Shown here: positions 31,098 through 40,600 of the stretch, piece after piece | How the letters are laid out: the number at the start of each line of letters is the position of its first letter | Position numbering within the stretch: position 1 is the first letter of the stretch | Assembly: GCA_947626605.1 (NCBI GenBank) | Contig: CANQSV010000002.1 | Coordinates: 92,231-156,230, forward strand | From: an uncultured Clostridia bacterium | GTDB lineage: Bacteria > Bacillota > Clostridia > TANB77 > CAG-508 | Reading direction: 5' to 3' | DNA length: 64,000 bases | The notes under the pieces: generated by a model | The model's input: only the letters and a program-made list of their open reading frames with translations | Database searches by the model: none | What the model was told of the DNA's origin: nothing | Position numbers and translations under genes: made by a program

Positions 31098-31121
31098 CAG
31101 CCATTAAAAATTTAATGGCTG
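31098..31121 (+). terminator. Terminator of the nfeD-SPFH operon
   Basis: Stem cagccatta / taatggctg followed by T7. Confidence 0.8.
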
Positions 31122-31138
31122 TTTTTTTATATTGTAGG
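31122..31138 (+). repeat. Terminator-associated motif copy 5 (plus orientation: TTTTTTT-ATATTGTAGG)
   Basis: Directly follows the hairpin. Then comes ggaaatcttagtttcc, which shares AATCTTAG with the regions at 3286 and 27541. Confidence 0.6.
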
Positions 31139-31157
31139 AAATCTTAGTTTCCTTTTT

Positions 31158-32255
31158 TTATTTTCTGTCTAAAATAGTTTTTACTACTCCCTGCTCTAGC
31201 AAAGTCCCATATATATTATTAAGTATTATAAGTAATATTGGTCCTATAAACATTCCCAATACTCCCATAAATTTAAAGCCCGTGTACATTGCAATAAGAG
31301 TAAATATTGGATGTATTCCTATATGCTTTCCTACTATCTTTGGTTCTAATAATTGTCTTACAATTACTATTATTACATACAATACTAACAAAGCTATTGC
31401 CAATTTACTATCATTGTTTAAAAAAGATATAATAATCCATGGTATCATAACTGTACCAGTTCCTAAAATAGGAAGCGCATCTACAAATCCAATTCCTATT
31501 GCAGCTAATAATGGATATTCTATATTATACCCCATTATTTGCAAAATAAATAAACCTATTAGAACTATAAAAAAAGAAATCATTATCAGAATTATTTGAG
31601 CTTTTAAATAACCACCAAGAACTGCCAAAATTTCACGTAAATGTACATATATATTATTTACCCATTTTCTTGGCAAGTGATGCTCCATTTGGTCTATTAT
31701 ATAAACTTTGTCAGTTGTTATAAAATATAATGATAGCAAAGTAATTACTGAATATATTAATATTGTTGGTATTGATGTGAGAATACTTAACATTTTGTTT
31801 AGCACATTTTTTATAGCATTAGAACCTTTTCCTAAGAAATTCATAAAAGTTTCTTCTACTGTTTTCTTTACCTCATCAGAAATTTTTATTCTGCTAAAAT
31901 CTATTTTTTGTATAAATTCTGTCCACATATTATATGCTTGTTCTACATATTCATTCAATCCATTTAATAAATTATTAGATTCTGCAACAACCTGCGTAAT
32001 TCCCCATGTACATATCCCAATTATCAAGCCAAAAAATATTATCAAAACAATAATTGAACTAGTTTTTCTATTTAATGGTGTATTTCTCATGAAGAATTTA
32101 ATTATTGGCTCTAATATTAATGCAATTATTAATGCAATTAAAAAAGGCATATAAAATATAGATAATTTTATTGCAACAAAAATTCCAACTACAGATAATA
32201 ATAAAGCTAATACTCTTTTTAAAACCTTTGCCCAATATGCTAAATTAATTACCAT
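31158..32255 (-). CDS. AI-2E (PerM/YtvI-like) family integral membrane protein
   Basis: 365 aa with about 8 TM segments and an architecture typical of YtvI/PerM. Confidence 0.65.
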   Translation of the reverse strand: MVINLAYWAKVLKRVLALLLSVVGIFVAIKLSIFYMPFLIALIIALILEPIIKFFMRNTPLNRKTSSIIVLIIFFGLIIGICTWGITQVVAESNNLLNGLNEYVEQAYNMWTEFIQKIDFSRIKISDEVKKTVEETFMNFLGKGSNAIKNVLNKMLSILTSIPTILIYSVITLLSLYFITTDKVYIIDQMEHHLPRKWVNNIYVHLREILAVLGGYLKAQIILIMISFFIVLIGLFILQIMGYNIEYPLLAAIGIGFVDALPILGTGTVMIPWIIISFLNNDSKLAIALLVLYVIIVIVRQLLEPKIVGKHIGIHPIFTLIAMYTGFKFMGVLGMFIGPILLIILNNIYGTLLEQGVVKTILDRK

Positions 32256-32283
32256 ATTTTATACACCTCTTTTTACTTATTTA

Positions 32284-32727
32284 TTATTCTGCATTTTTTG
32301 CGTCACAACCACAATCGCAAATACATCCCATTGTTTTTTCTACTTCTTTTCCATTAACTCCTTCATCATTTGTAATATCTCCTAAAGTTAAAATACCTAC
32401 TATTTTATTGTTTTCTACAACTGGAATTCTTCGTATCTGCCAATCAGACATTAATTGTGTTGCTTCTGATACATCTTTATTACAATCACAACAACACACA
32501 TCACAAGTCATTATATCGCTTATAGGTGTAGTTTTTGCATCTTTATCACATGCAACACTTCTTAAAATAATGTCCCTATCAGTAACTAACCCAACAATTT
32601 CTTTTGAATCATTACATACTGGCACACATCCAATATGATTATCTTTCATCAATTTAGCTACATCACTGATTTTAGTACTTGGTGTACAAAAACATACTTT
32701 TGTATTCATACAATCTTTAATATTCAT
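32284..32727 (-). CDS. CBS-pair domain protein with Cys-rich insert and tail
   Basis: Two CBS motifs (GCVPV.., RRIPVVENNKIVGILT), plus CDVCCCDC and CICDCGCD clusters. Confidence 0.7.
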   Translation of the reverse strand: MNIKDCMNTKVCFCTPSTKISDVAKLMKDNHIGCVPVCNDSKEIVGLVTDRDIILRSVACDKDAKTTPISDIMTCDVCCCDCNKDVSEATQLMSDWQIRRIPVVENNKIVGILTLGDITNDEGVNGKEVEKTMGCICDCGCDAKNAE

Positions 32728-32813
32728 AAAAAAACCTGCCTTTCAACATACATTATTTACATTTTTTAGTATTTTATACTATAAATAATAATACATTGTG
32801 GCAGTTTCTGTTT

Positions 32814-33413
32814 CTAATAATATATATCTTGATATATGTTTCTTGGCATCATAGGTGGAATATTCCCTCCTGGCATTCCTGGACCATATGGTGGTCTTGG
32901 TCTTATTGGATTTCTGCCAGGATTTCCTAATAATTCTCTTAATATTAATATTTTTATTAGATCTCTTAATGATTGGTTTGGTCTTCTATTTCTATCTTCT
33001 CTTTCTTCTGTTGCTACTGGTTTTGCATTTGGATTTCTTACATCTCCTTTTTTCAATTCTGTTTCTCTTGTATCATTTTCAAAATAATCTTCCGATTCTA
33101 TATTATTATATATTGTATCTGTCATTTCATTAACTAAATCTTCACATATAGGTCTTGTATTTGCATTACATATTTTTGCAACCATAGGATAAACTATTTT
33201 GTAAATTTCTGGATATAGATTTTCATTATTCTGATTTCTCATTTGCCCATTACTCATATAATTATAATTTCTATTATATCCATTCATCATATAATCGTTT
33301 CTACTAAAGTAATCTGGATAATAATAATTATCCACTCCGTATGTATTATTAAACATATCTGGTGGATAATTTAATGAATTTTGAAAATATTCATCATAAT
33401 TTTGATTGTACAT
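32814..33413 (-). CDS. Hypothetical Asn/Tyr-rich, Pro-rich low-complexity protein
   Basis: AGGAGG RBS. N/Y-rich N-terminus, conserved-looking core LYPEIYKIVYPMV..C, Pro/Gly/Arg-rich C-terminus. Confidence 0.5.
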   Translation of the reverse strand: MYNQNYDEYFQNSLNYPPDMFNNTYGVDNYYYPDYFSRNDYMMNGYNRNYNYMSNGQMRNQNNENLYPEIYKIVYPMVAKICNANTRPICEDLVNEMTDTIYNNIESEDYFENDTRETELKKGDVRNPNAKPVATEEREDRNRRPNQSLRDLIKILILRELLGNPGRNPIRPRPPYGPGMPGGNIPPMMPRNIYQDIYY

Positions 33414-33571
33414 ATTTCTACCTCCTTAATACTCTATTATAGTATGTAAGGATAGAAAATATGCTATAAAATATTTTTTTAGTTTTTGCTTGTACTTCTT
33501 TCATAGTATTATCTCAATAATAAGATAACCGTTTTCATATTGAGCTGTTATACTTCCCCCAGCATTATTTT

Positions 33572-34978
33572 TTATTCTAATCCGTTTACAAGTTCTTTAA
33601 ATTTGTTTCCTCTCTCCTCAAAGTTTTTAAACATATCAAAGCTTGCACTTGCTGGTGAAAATAATACAATTTGACCAGGCTTTGCGATATTCTTTGCTAG
33701 TTTAACGCATTGCTCTAAAGTTTTACATTTATAAATATCTACTGTTTTATTTCTTATTTTTGATTCATTTTCTATTGCTTCTATAATCTTATCCGCTGTC
33801 TGTCCTAAAAGTATTACCCCTTTTGTTTTATTTAAAATTGGTCTTCCTATTGGTGTATAGTCTAAATTCTTGTCATATCCTCCTGCTATTAATATTATCT
33901 CCTCTTGAAAAGCATTTAATCCTGCAATTGTTCTTACTGGAGATGTACCTATTGAATCATTATACCATCTAACACCATTTAATCTTCTTACTAATTCTAA
34001 TCTATGAGGAACTCCAGGAAAATTCTTTACTGTTTCTACTGCAGATTCTATATCTACAAAGCTTCTAGTTGCTAATAATGCAGCACATATATTTTCATAA
34101 TTATGTTCCCCTTTAAGCATTGTTGATTTAGTATTTAATATATGTCTTCTTATTTTGTCTTCACATATTTTTATTATACCTTCATCTACAATGAATCCAT
34201 TATCTAATTTATTTTTTCTACTAAAAAATTCAACTTTTCCTTTTGCTTCTAATCCACATTCACGGGTAATTTCATTATCATAATTTAATATTAAAATATC
34301 GTTTTCATTTTGGTATTTATATATATTCTTTTTAGCATCTATGTATTCTTCATATGAACTATGAATATTTAAATGATTTGGAGTTATATTAGTTATGATA
34401 GCAATATTAGGACTAACACCCATTCCCATTAATTGAAAACTACTTAATTCCAAAACCACTATATCTTCAGGTCTCATTTCTTCTATTCTTGTAAATAATG
34501 GGATTCCTATATTTCCGCCTATATAACAATTATATCCTTTTTGTTTTAATATTTCGTATATAAGTGATGTAGTTGTTGTTTTTCCATCACTTCCTGTTAC
34601 TCCTATTATTGTTCCTGGACATAATTTCATAAACATTTCAACTTCGGTTGTTATAATAGCTCCTCTTTTTTCTTCCTCAACCAATTCTCTTGTTGTTGGC
34701 AAACAGCTTGGAGATCTAAATATGATATCAAATCCTGATAAATTATTTAAATTACCTGGACCAAATGCTTTATCTATATTACAAGTTGATAATATTTGTA
34801 GTATTTCTTCTGGCATATTTTCTACTGGTCTATTATCAAATACAGTAATAATCGCACCTAAATCATATAAGAATTTTATTAAAGGAACATTGCTTACTCC
34901 TAAACCTATTATTGCTACTTTTCTATTATAAATATATGATTTAAACTCCTCTACTTTTTTGTTTACAAATTCTTCCAC
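33572..34978 (-). CDS. murD: UDP-N-acetylmuramoyl-L-alanine--glutamate ligase (MurD family)
   Basis: Motifs AIIGLGVSN, GVTGSDGKTTTT, ELSSFQL, NITPNHL, GEHNYEN, PHRLELV, SPASASFDMFKNFEERG. It carries NDSIGTSP instead of NDSKATN. Confidence 0.85.
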   Translation of the reverse strand: MEEFVNKKVEEFKSYIYNRKVAIIGLGVSNVPLIKFLYDLGAIITVFDNRPVENMPEEILQILSTCNIDKAFGPGNLNNLSGFDIIFRSPSCLPTTRELVEEEKRGAIITTEVEMFMKLCPGTIIGVTGSDGKTTTTSLIYEILKQKGYNCYIGGNIGIPLFTRIEEMRPEDIVVLELSSFQLMGMGVSPNIAIITNITPNHLNIHSSYEEYIDAKKNIYKYQNENDILILNYDNEITRECGLEAKGKVEFFSRKNKLDNGFIVDEGIIKICEDKIRRHILNTKSTMLKGEHNYENICAALLATRSFVDIESAVETVKNFPGVPHRLELVRRLNGVRWYNDSIGTSPVRTIAGLNAFQEEIILIAGGYDKNLDYTPIGRPILNKTKGVILLGQTADKIIEAIENESKIRNKTVDIYKCKTLEQCVKLAKNIAKPGQIVLFSPASASFDMFKNFEERGNKFKELVNGLE

Positions 34979-35014
34979 AGTTTTCCCCCCATTATGAAAA
35001 ACTCTTTTACTAAT

Positions 35015-35695
35015 TTAAACTATGTATTTTAAAATTCTATTGGCTCCTTCTTCTACAGTTTTACAATCAGTTGTATCTATTACAATAGTTTTATCATATG
35101 TTTTATAAAAACCTGCTTTCTCTTGTAAATCATCTCTTTTCATTATATGCTGTTTTAATTCTTTTTTGCTTACTCTACCTTCATATTGTATATTTTTTCT
35201 TTCTACTCTTGCATCTATATCTGCAGTTATAAAGAAATGATATTTTGTATTAGGGTATATTTTTAGTATATCTCTTCCTGAAAAAATTACATTACTTTGC
35301 TTTCTAAATTCTTCAATTAATTTTTCTCCAAATAAATATAAACCAGAATTTTTAGCCATACCAGCTACTTCTGAAACAGCTATTGAAGATTCTTCTGATT
35401 GCAAAGTATCTTGTTCCACTTTATTACCATTTATATAAATCTCTGTTTCTCTATTTTCTAGCCTTATTTTAATTTTTAATTTATCCATTACTTCTTTAAT
35501 ATCAATCTGATTGGCATTTTTTAATAACTCTTCTTTATTTATACCAGACTTCATTATAGCATATACAATTGCCCTATATAAATTTCCACCATTTACTAAA
35601 ATTGAATTTGGTATTTTATTCAACAATTGTTTACATATAGAAGTTTTTCCAGCTCCTACTAAACCTTCTATTCCTATAACAATATTGTTATTCAT
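35015..35695 (-). CDS. Cytidylate kinase-like nucleoside monophosphate kinase
   Basis: P-loop GIEGLVGAGKTS and cmk-like blocks (GGNLYRA.., SGRDI.., FITADIDARVERK). Confidence 0.65.
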   Translation of the reverse strand: MNNNIVIGIEGLVGAGKTSICKQLLNKIPNSILVNGGNLYRAIVYAIMKSGINKEELLKNANQIDIKEVMDKLKIKIRLENRETEIYINGNKVEQDTLQSEESSIAVSEVAGMAKNSGLYLFGEKLIEEFRKQSNVIFSGRDILKIYPNTKYHFFITADIDARVERKNIQYEGRVSKKELKQHIMKRDDLQEKAGFYKTYDKTIVIDTTDCKTVEEGANRILKYIV

Positions 35696-35830
35696 ACTTT
35701 CTCCTTTTAAGATATTATGTTATTTATTATATCCTAAATTGGCAAAATAAACAATCCCCTATTTTGAAATTTTTTTGAATATATAATTGAATTTTAGTAA
35801 ATAATATTAAAAGAAATGGAGGTGCTTTTC

Positions 35831-35953
35831 ATGAATAATAAGAACAACAACAAAGAAAATAGAAACAACAATAACAATAATAATAACAATAACAATAATA
35901 ACAATAATAATAACAATAATAGAAATAATCAAAGTCAAAACGACTGTAAATAA
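35831..35953 (+). CDS. 40-codon poly-asparagine small ORF (not in the ORF track)
   Basis: GGAGG lies 8 nt upstream of the ATG. Translation: MNNKNNNKENRNNNNNNNNNNNNNNNNNNNRNNQSQNDCK. Its own terminator is at 35990-36016. Confidence 0.45.
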   Translation: MNNKNNNKENRNNNNNNNNNNNNNNNNNNNRNNQSQNDCK

Positions 35954-35989
35954 GACTTTGTATGGATTAAAATTTCTTCGATATAGAAA

Positions 35990-36016
35990 AGTCTAGAGTA
36001 TGTAGTACTTTAGGCT
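35990..36016 (+). terminator. Intrinsic terminator after the poly-Asn ORF
   Basis: 11-bp stem agtctagagta / tactttaggct (2 G-U pairs) followed by T8. Confidence 0.65.
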
Positions 36017-36092
36017 TTTTTTTAAAATTTTTAACAAATATACTATTGCTTATTTTTTATTTTTGTGTTAATATAATATAGTATTTTAATTT

Positions 36093-36166
36093 AGGGGAAT
36101 AGTACATCGGTAGTATAAGAGTCTCCAAAACTCCTGAGCTAGGTTCGACTCCTAGTTCCCCTGCCA
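36093..36166 (+). tRNA. trnW: tRNA-Trp (anticodon CCA)
   Basis: Manual cloverleaf: acceptor aggggaa/ttcccct, anticodon loop cuCCAaa, T-loop ttcgact, discriminator G, encoded CCA. 74 nt. Confidence 0.9.
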
Positions 36167-36171
36167 AAAAA

Positions 36172-36195
36172 ACTTGAAGACTCTAATCTTCAAGT
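36172..36195 (+). terminator. tRNA-Trp terminator
   Basis: Stem acttgaaga / tcttcaagt followed by T5. Confidence 0.8.
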
Positions 36196-36243
36196 TTTTA
36201 AATTTAAGTTTTATTATTTTACACATGAGCTATAAAACTGATT

Positions 36244-36873
36244 TTATTTTGTTCCAAAAATTCTATCTCCTGCATCTCCAAGACCTGGCATGATATATCC
36301 ATTTTCATTTAATTTTTCATCTAATGTTGCACAATATATTTGTACATCTGGATGCTCTGTTTGAATTCTTTTTATTCCTTCTGGTGCTGCTATAATACAT
36401 AAAAATTTAATGTTTTTTGCACCATCTTCTTTTAACATTTTTATTGCATCTGAACCAGAACCTCCTGTTGCAAGCATTGGATCTAATACTATAACTTCTC
36501 TTTTATCTAAATTTTTTGGAACTTTATAATAATATTTTACTGGTTTTAAAGTTTCCTCATTTCTATACAAACCAATATGTCCTATTTTCGCATTTGGAAT
36601 AGCTTTTATTAAACCATCTAGCATACCTGTTCCTGCTCTTAATATTGGAATAAAAGCATAATTGTCTTCATTTAATTTTTTACCTTGTGTTTTTTGTATA
36701 GGTGTTTCTACTTCTACCTCTTCTAATTTAGCGTCTTTTGTTGCTTCATAGCAAAGAAATGTTGAAATTTCGCTAATCAATTCTCTAAACTCTTTTGTTC
36801 CTGTTTTTTTATCTCTTAAAATTGATATTTTATGTTGTATCAATGGATGATTCAAAATAACTGGTTCTTTCAT
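36244..36873 (-). CDS. upp: Uracil phosphoribosyltransferase
   Basis: C-terminal [20 protein letters not shown] at 36873 follows AAGGAG and gives the usual 209 aa; the listed start at 36918 adds 15 aa and has no RBS. Confidence 0.93.
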   Translation of the reverse strand: MKEPVILNHPLIQHKISILRDKKTGTKEFRELISEISTFLCYEATKDAKLEEVEVETPIQKTQGKKLNEDNYAFIPILRAGTGMLDGLIKAIPNAKIGHIGLYRNEETLKPVKYYYKVPKNLDKREVIVLDPMLATGGSGSDAIKMLKEDGAKNIKFLCIIAAPEGIKRIQTEHPDVQIYCATLDEKLNENGYIMPGLGDAGDRIFGTK

Positions 36874-36946
36874 TATATATCGCTCCTTTTTATAAATTAT
36901 TATACTAAAAATTTTCAATTTTAAATTCTAACTTTTGGGAGGTCAC

Positions 36947-37546
36947 ATGTTTCAAAAAATAATTTTCCCTCGCTATATAATTATTTTATTAGCTTTATTT
37001 TTCTTTATATATATTTATTCTTTCTTTCACTTATATTATTCTGATTATACTATTCAGGATGATACTCAATTATTGAATAATAATTATACTTCTACGATAA
37101 ACTCCAATGGTTTTGTTTGGCCAGTTCCTGGGTGTAAAACTATCACTTCCTATTTTGGATATAGGCAAGGGTCTTCTGTTGTATCTTCATATCACTCTGG
37201 ATTAGATATTGGTGCTCCAACAGGAACTTATTTTGTTGCAATAACTGATGGTACAATTGTAAATACTGGTTGGACTGGTTCAGGAGGATTTACTATAACT
37301 TTAGTAAATCAAAATCTTAGAATATCGTATTGTCATTCTTCACCTAATTTTATTGTTCATAATGGGCAAAAAGTATCTAAAGGTGAAGTTATTGGACAAG
37401 TTGGTCCTAAGAATGTATATAATATACCTAATAATCCATATAAAGATAGTAATGGTAATCCCACTAATGGTGCAATGACCGGACCTCATCTTCATTTAAC
37501 TATTAGAAAAGACGGCGTAGCCGTCGATCCTTTAAATTATTTGTAA
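36947..37546 (+). CDS. M23-family (LytM-like) peptidoglycan endopeptidase
   Basis: N-terminal TM segment, HSGLDIGAP, GPHLHLTI. Confidence 0.85.
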   Translation: MFQKIIFPRYIIILLALFFFIYIYSFFHLYYSDYTIQDDTQLLNNNYTSTINSNGFVWPVPGCKTITSYFGYRQGSSVVSSYHSGLDIGAPTGTYFVAITDGTIVNTGWTGSGGFTITLVNQNLRISYCHSSPNFIVHNGQKVSKGEVIGQVGPKNVYNIPNNPYKDSNGNPTNGAMTGPHLHLTIRKDGVAVDPLNYL

Positions 37547-37547
37547 T

Positions 37548-38054
37548 TTACATATCTTCATTATCATCATTGTTGTCTTTATTATTGTCCTCATTACATC
37601 CACTACACCCATCCTCTGAATGTCCTTCACATCCACAACATCCACAATTGTGTTCTTCTTTATTCCAGTCTAATTCTATAACATTATTACATTCTGGGCA
37701 AATAATTTCGTCTTTAAGTTCTTCAGAAAAGTCTGCAATAAATTCATTATTACAATAAGGGCATACTATTTCTAAATCAAACTCTCCGTCCTCATCCTCT
37801 TGCATATAAATATCTTTCTCTATATTCTTAACTGTATCTTCTATATCTTCTACTCTATCATTAATTTCTCTATATTTATCAGCTAAATCTTCCATTTTTT
37901 TTACGTTTATTTCTGATACTCTATCAATTTCATCTAAGAAAATTAATGATAAATTATAAATTTGTGTTTTTACAAATTCCAAAGTGTCTTTGTTTTCTAT
38001 CTTATTTTCAATTTCTTCTATAACACTTTTTAATCTCTCTTGTAAATCTGCCAT
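37548..38054 (-). CDS. Coiled-coil plus zinc-ribbon protein with an acidic Cys-rich tail
   Basis: CPYC..CPEC ribbon followed by CGCCGCEGHSEDGCSGC. Sits directly downstream of efp. Confidence 0.6.
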   Translation of the reverse strand: MADLQERLKSVIEEIENKIENKDTLEFVKTQIYNLSLIFLDEIDRVSEINVKKMEDLADKYREINDRVEDIEDTVKNIEKDIYMQEDEDGEFDLEIVCPYCNNEFIADFSEELKDEIICPECNNVIELDWNKEEHNCGCCGCEGHSEDGCSGCNEDNNKDNNDDNEDM

Positions 38055-38083
38055 ATTATGTCATTACACCTCTCTATTTAAAA

Positions 38084-38650
38084 TTATACTCTTTCCATAT
38101 ATTCGCCAGTTCTTGTATCTATTTTTATAACATCTCCTATATTTATAAATAGTGGAACTGATATTTCATATCCATTCTCTAATGTTGCTGGCTTACCAGA
38201 AGTTGTTGTTGTGTTTCCACTAAATCCTGGTTCTGTGTATGTTACTTCTAATTCAACAAACATTGGTGGTTCGATTGAAAAAACATTACCTTTAAAAGAT
38301 AAAATCTTAACTGACATATTTTCTTTTATATATTTTAAGCTGTCACCTAATTGTTCTTTATTTAAAGGCATTTGCTCATAAGTTTCATTATCCATGAAAT
38401 AATATAAGTCTCCATCATTATACAAATATTGCATTTCTCTTTTTTCTATTTCTGCTCCTTGTAATTTTTCAGATGGATTAAATGTTTTTTCTAAAACTGC
38501 CCCTGTTATTACATTTTTTAGCTTTGTCCTTACAAATGCTGCTCCTTTTCCTGGTTTTACATGTTGGAACTCAACAACTTTAAATACTGAATTATCCATT
38601 TCAAATGTAGTTCCATTTCTTAAATCTCCTGCCATATATACTTCTGCCAT
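38084..38650 (-). CDS. efp: Elongation factor P
   Basis: Motifs AGDLRNG..F and [15 protein letters not shown]. 188 aa. Confidence 0.95.
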   Translation of the reverse strand: MAEVYMAGDLRNGTTFEMDNSVFKVVEFQHVKPGKGAAFVRTKLKNVITGAVLEKTFNPSEKLQGAEIEKREMQYLYNDGDLYYFMDNETYEQMPLNKEQLGDSLKYIKENMSVKILSFKGNVFSIEPPMFVELEVTYTEPGFSGNTTTTSGKPATLENGYEISVPLFINIGDVIKIDTRTGEYMERV

Positions 38651-38718
38651 TATTATCTCTCCTTTTATTTATAAAATATAAAAATTCCTCTGTATTATAA
38701 CACAGATTGCTTTTATAA

Positions 38719-39786
38719 TCAAGCTTTTATTATTATATAATTTTTATCTGATTTTGTAAGACTTGTGCAACCATATTTATTAACTAATACAGTATCTTCT
38801 ATTCTAACTCCAAATTTTCCTGGAATGTATATTCCAGGTTCATTAGTAACAACCATATTTTCTTTTAATAGCATTTCTGAATGCTCTCCTAAACTTGGAC
38901 TTTCATGAATATCTAGTCCCACACCATGGCCAAGTCCATGGATTAAAGAAAAACCATTTACTTTGAAATCACTATTAACCATTCTAAATAAATTTTTTGT
39001 GTTAGCCCCTTCTTTTATTTCCTTAAACATGTTGCGTTGATTCTTTAATACTAAATCATATACATCTTTTATATAATCTTGAACAAAATCCACGAAAACA
39101 GTCCTTGTCATATCAGAGCAATATCCTTTATATATACATCCAAAATCTATAGTAATTATATCTCCGGATTGTATTTTTCTATCTGTAGGAACTGCATGTG
39201 GCATTGATGAATTTATACCAGAAGCTACTATTGGAGCAAATGAATTTCCTTCTGCTCCATTTTCTTTAAAAAATCTCTCTATTTCTGTTGCAATTTCTTT
39301 TTCGGTTTTTCCCTTTTTTATAAAAGTTAATAAATGCTCAAAACATTTATCTGTAATTTTACATGCTTCAGCTATGTTTGCTATTTCTTCTTTATCTTTA
39401 ATCATTCTATGCTTTTCTATAATATATTCTGTTTCTACAAAATTATTAATTTTATATTGGTGCATATATTGTTTGTATTTTGCATATGTTACATAATTTT
39501 CTTCAAATCCGACATTTTCACAGAACAAAAAGAAGTTCTCATAATCATAGCTAGATACGTCTTTTATATCTGAAACAATTATTTCATCATCTATTGTTAA
39601 AATTGAATTTACCGCTTCTGTATATCTACCATCAGTTATATATACATTTTCTTTTCTTGTTATCAACAAAGTTCCTTCAGCCTCTATTCCTATTAAATAC
39701 TTAATATTTACAGGATTAGATACTATCATGCCATCCAAATTGAGACTTCTCAAACTGTCTCTTAACCAGCGAACTCTAACATTCAT
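38719..39786 (-). CDS. pepP: Xaa-Pro aminopeptidase / M24B peptidase
   Basis: Metal ligands DFG..D, HGLGHGVGLDIHE, and E..E. Confidence 0.88.
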   Translation of the reverse strand: MNVRVRWLRDSLRSLNLDGMIVSNPVNIKYLIGIEAEGTLLITRKENVYITDGRYTEAVNSILTIDDEIIVSDIKDVSSYDYENFFLFCENVGFEENYVTYAKYKQYMHQYKINNFVETEYIIEKHRMIKDKEEIANIAEACKITDKCFEHLLTFIKKGKTEKEIATEIERFFKENGAEGNSFAPIVASGINSSMPHAVPTDRKIQSGDIITIDFGCIYKGYCSDMTRTVFVDFVQDYIKDVYDLVLKNQRNMFKEIKEGANTKNLFRMVNSDFKVNGFSLIHGLGHGVGLDIHESPSLGEHSEMLLKENMVVTNEPGIYIPGKFGVRIEDTVLVNKYGCTSLTKSDKNYIIIKA

Positions 39787-39819
39787 TATAGTAGTTCTCC
39801 TTTCTCTTATTATTTAATC

Positions 39820-40560
39820 TTACTGTCTTCCCAAAGTAAGTATTTTTACTAACATATTCATTATAACATTATTTGGTATAAGCATTGTTGAAAAACAAGC
39901 AAGTACTATAAAAGGTCCAAAAGGAATATATTCTTTTACTTTTCTAAACATTAATAATACTATACTAATTATTGCACCTATAAAGAATGATAATACCATA
40001 ACTATAGTAATATTAGTAACTCCTAATAGAAGTCCTAAAACTCCCATCAGTTTAACATCTCCCCATCCCATAGAATCTTTTTTGGTAGCTAAGCCACCTA
40101 TTATAGTAATTAGCATAAACGCTCCCGCACCTATAAGCATACCTAAAATCATATTTATTGCTATGTTTATGTTTATTATTCCTTGGATAAATAAAAATAC
40201 TAATCCAATTTCAAAAAGTACTAAATTAATTCTGTTTGGTATTATTTTATAGTTATAATCTATTTTAAATATGGATAATAGAAAAGGTGTAATTATTAAA
40301 TATTTTAATAATGTTATATTCTCTAATATATCTTTTTTTATTCCTAAAATATATACTAAAGCAATATATATTAAAACATTAAATACTATAATTAAATAAT
40401 TAGGTTTTACATTGTCTTTTAATTGATTATATCTTTCTTTTGAAAGTGTTTTTTTATATTCTGGTAATTTTGTATTAAGCCAATTTGTTAAGATTCCTAC
40501 TACAAAACCTATGACACCAAAAATTGTATAATATAGTATATGAGTATCATTTATATACAT
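39820..40560 (-). CDS. Prepilin (type IV leader) peptidase, A24 family
   Basis: Polytopic membrane protein with GWGDVKLMG and PFGPF motifs. No N-terminal methyltransferase Cys box. Confidence 0.8.
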   Translation of the reverse strand: MYINDTHILYYTIFGVIGFVVGILTNWLNTKLPEYKKTLSKERYNQLKDNVKPNYLIIVFNVLIYIALVYILGIKKDILENITLLKYLIITPFLLSIFKIDYNYKIIPNRINLVLFEIGLVFLFIQGIININIAINMILGMLIGAGAFMLITIIGGLATKKDSMGWGDVKLMGVLGLLLGVTNITIVMVLSFFIGAIISIVLLMFRKVKEYIPFGPFIVLACFSTMLIPNNVIMNMLVKILTLGRQ

Positions 40561-40600
40561 CTAAAAGCCTCTCTTTCTTCATCTTTTGTATTGTTTTTAG

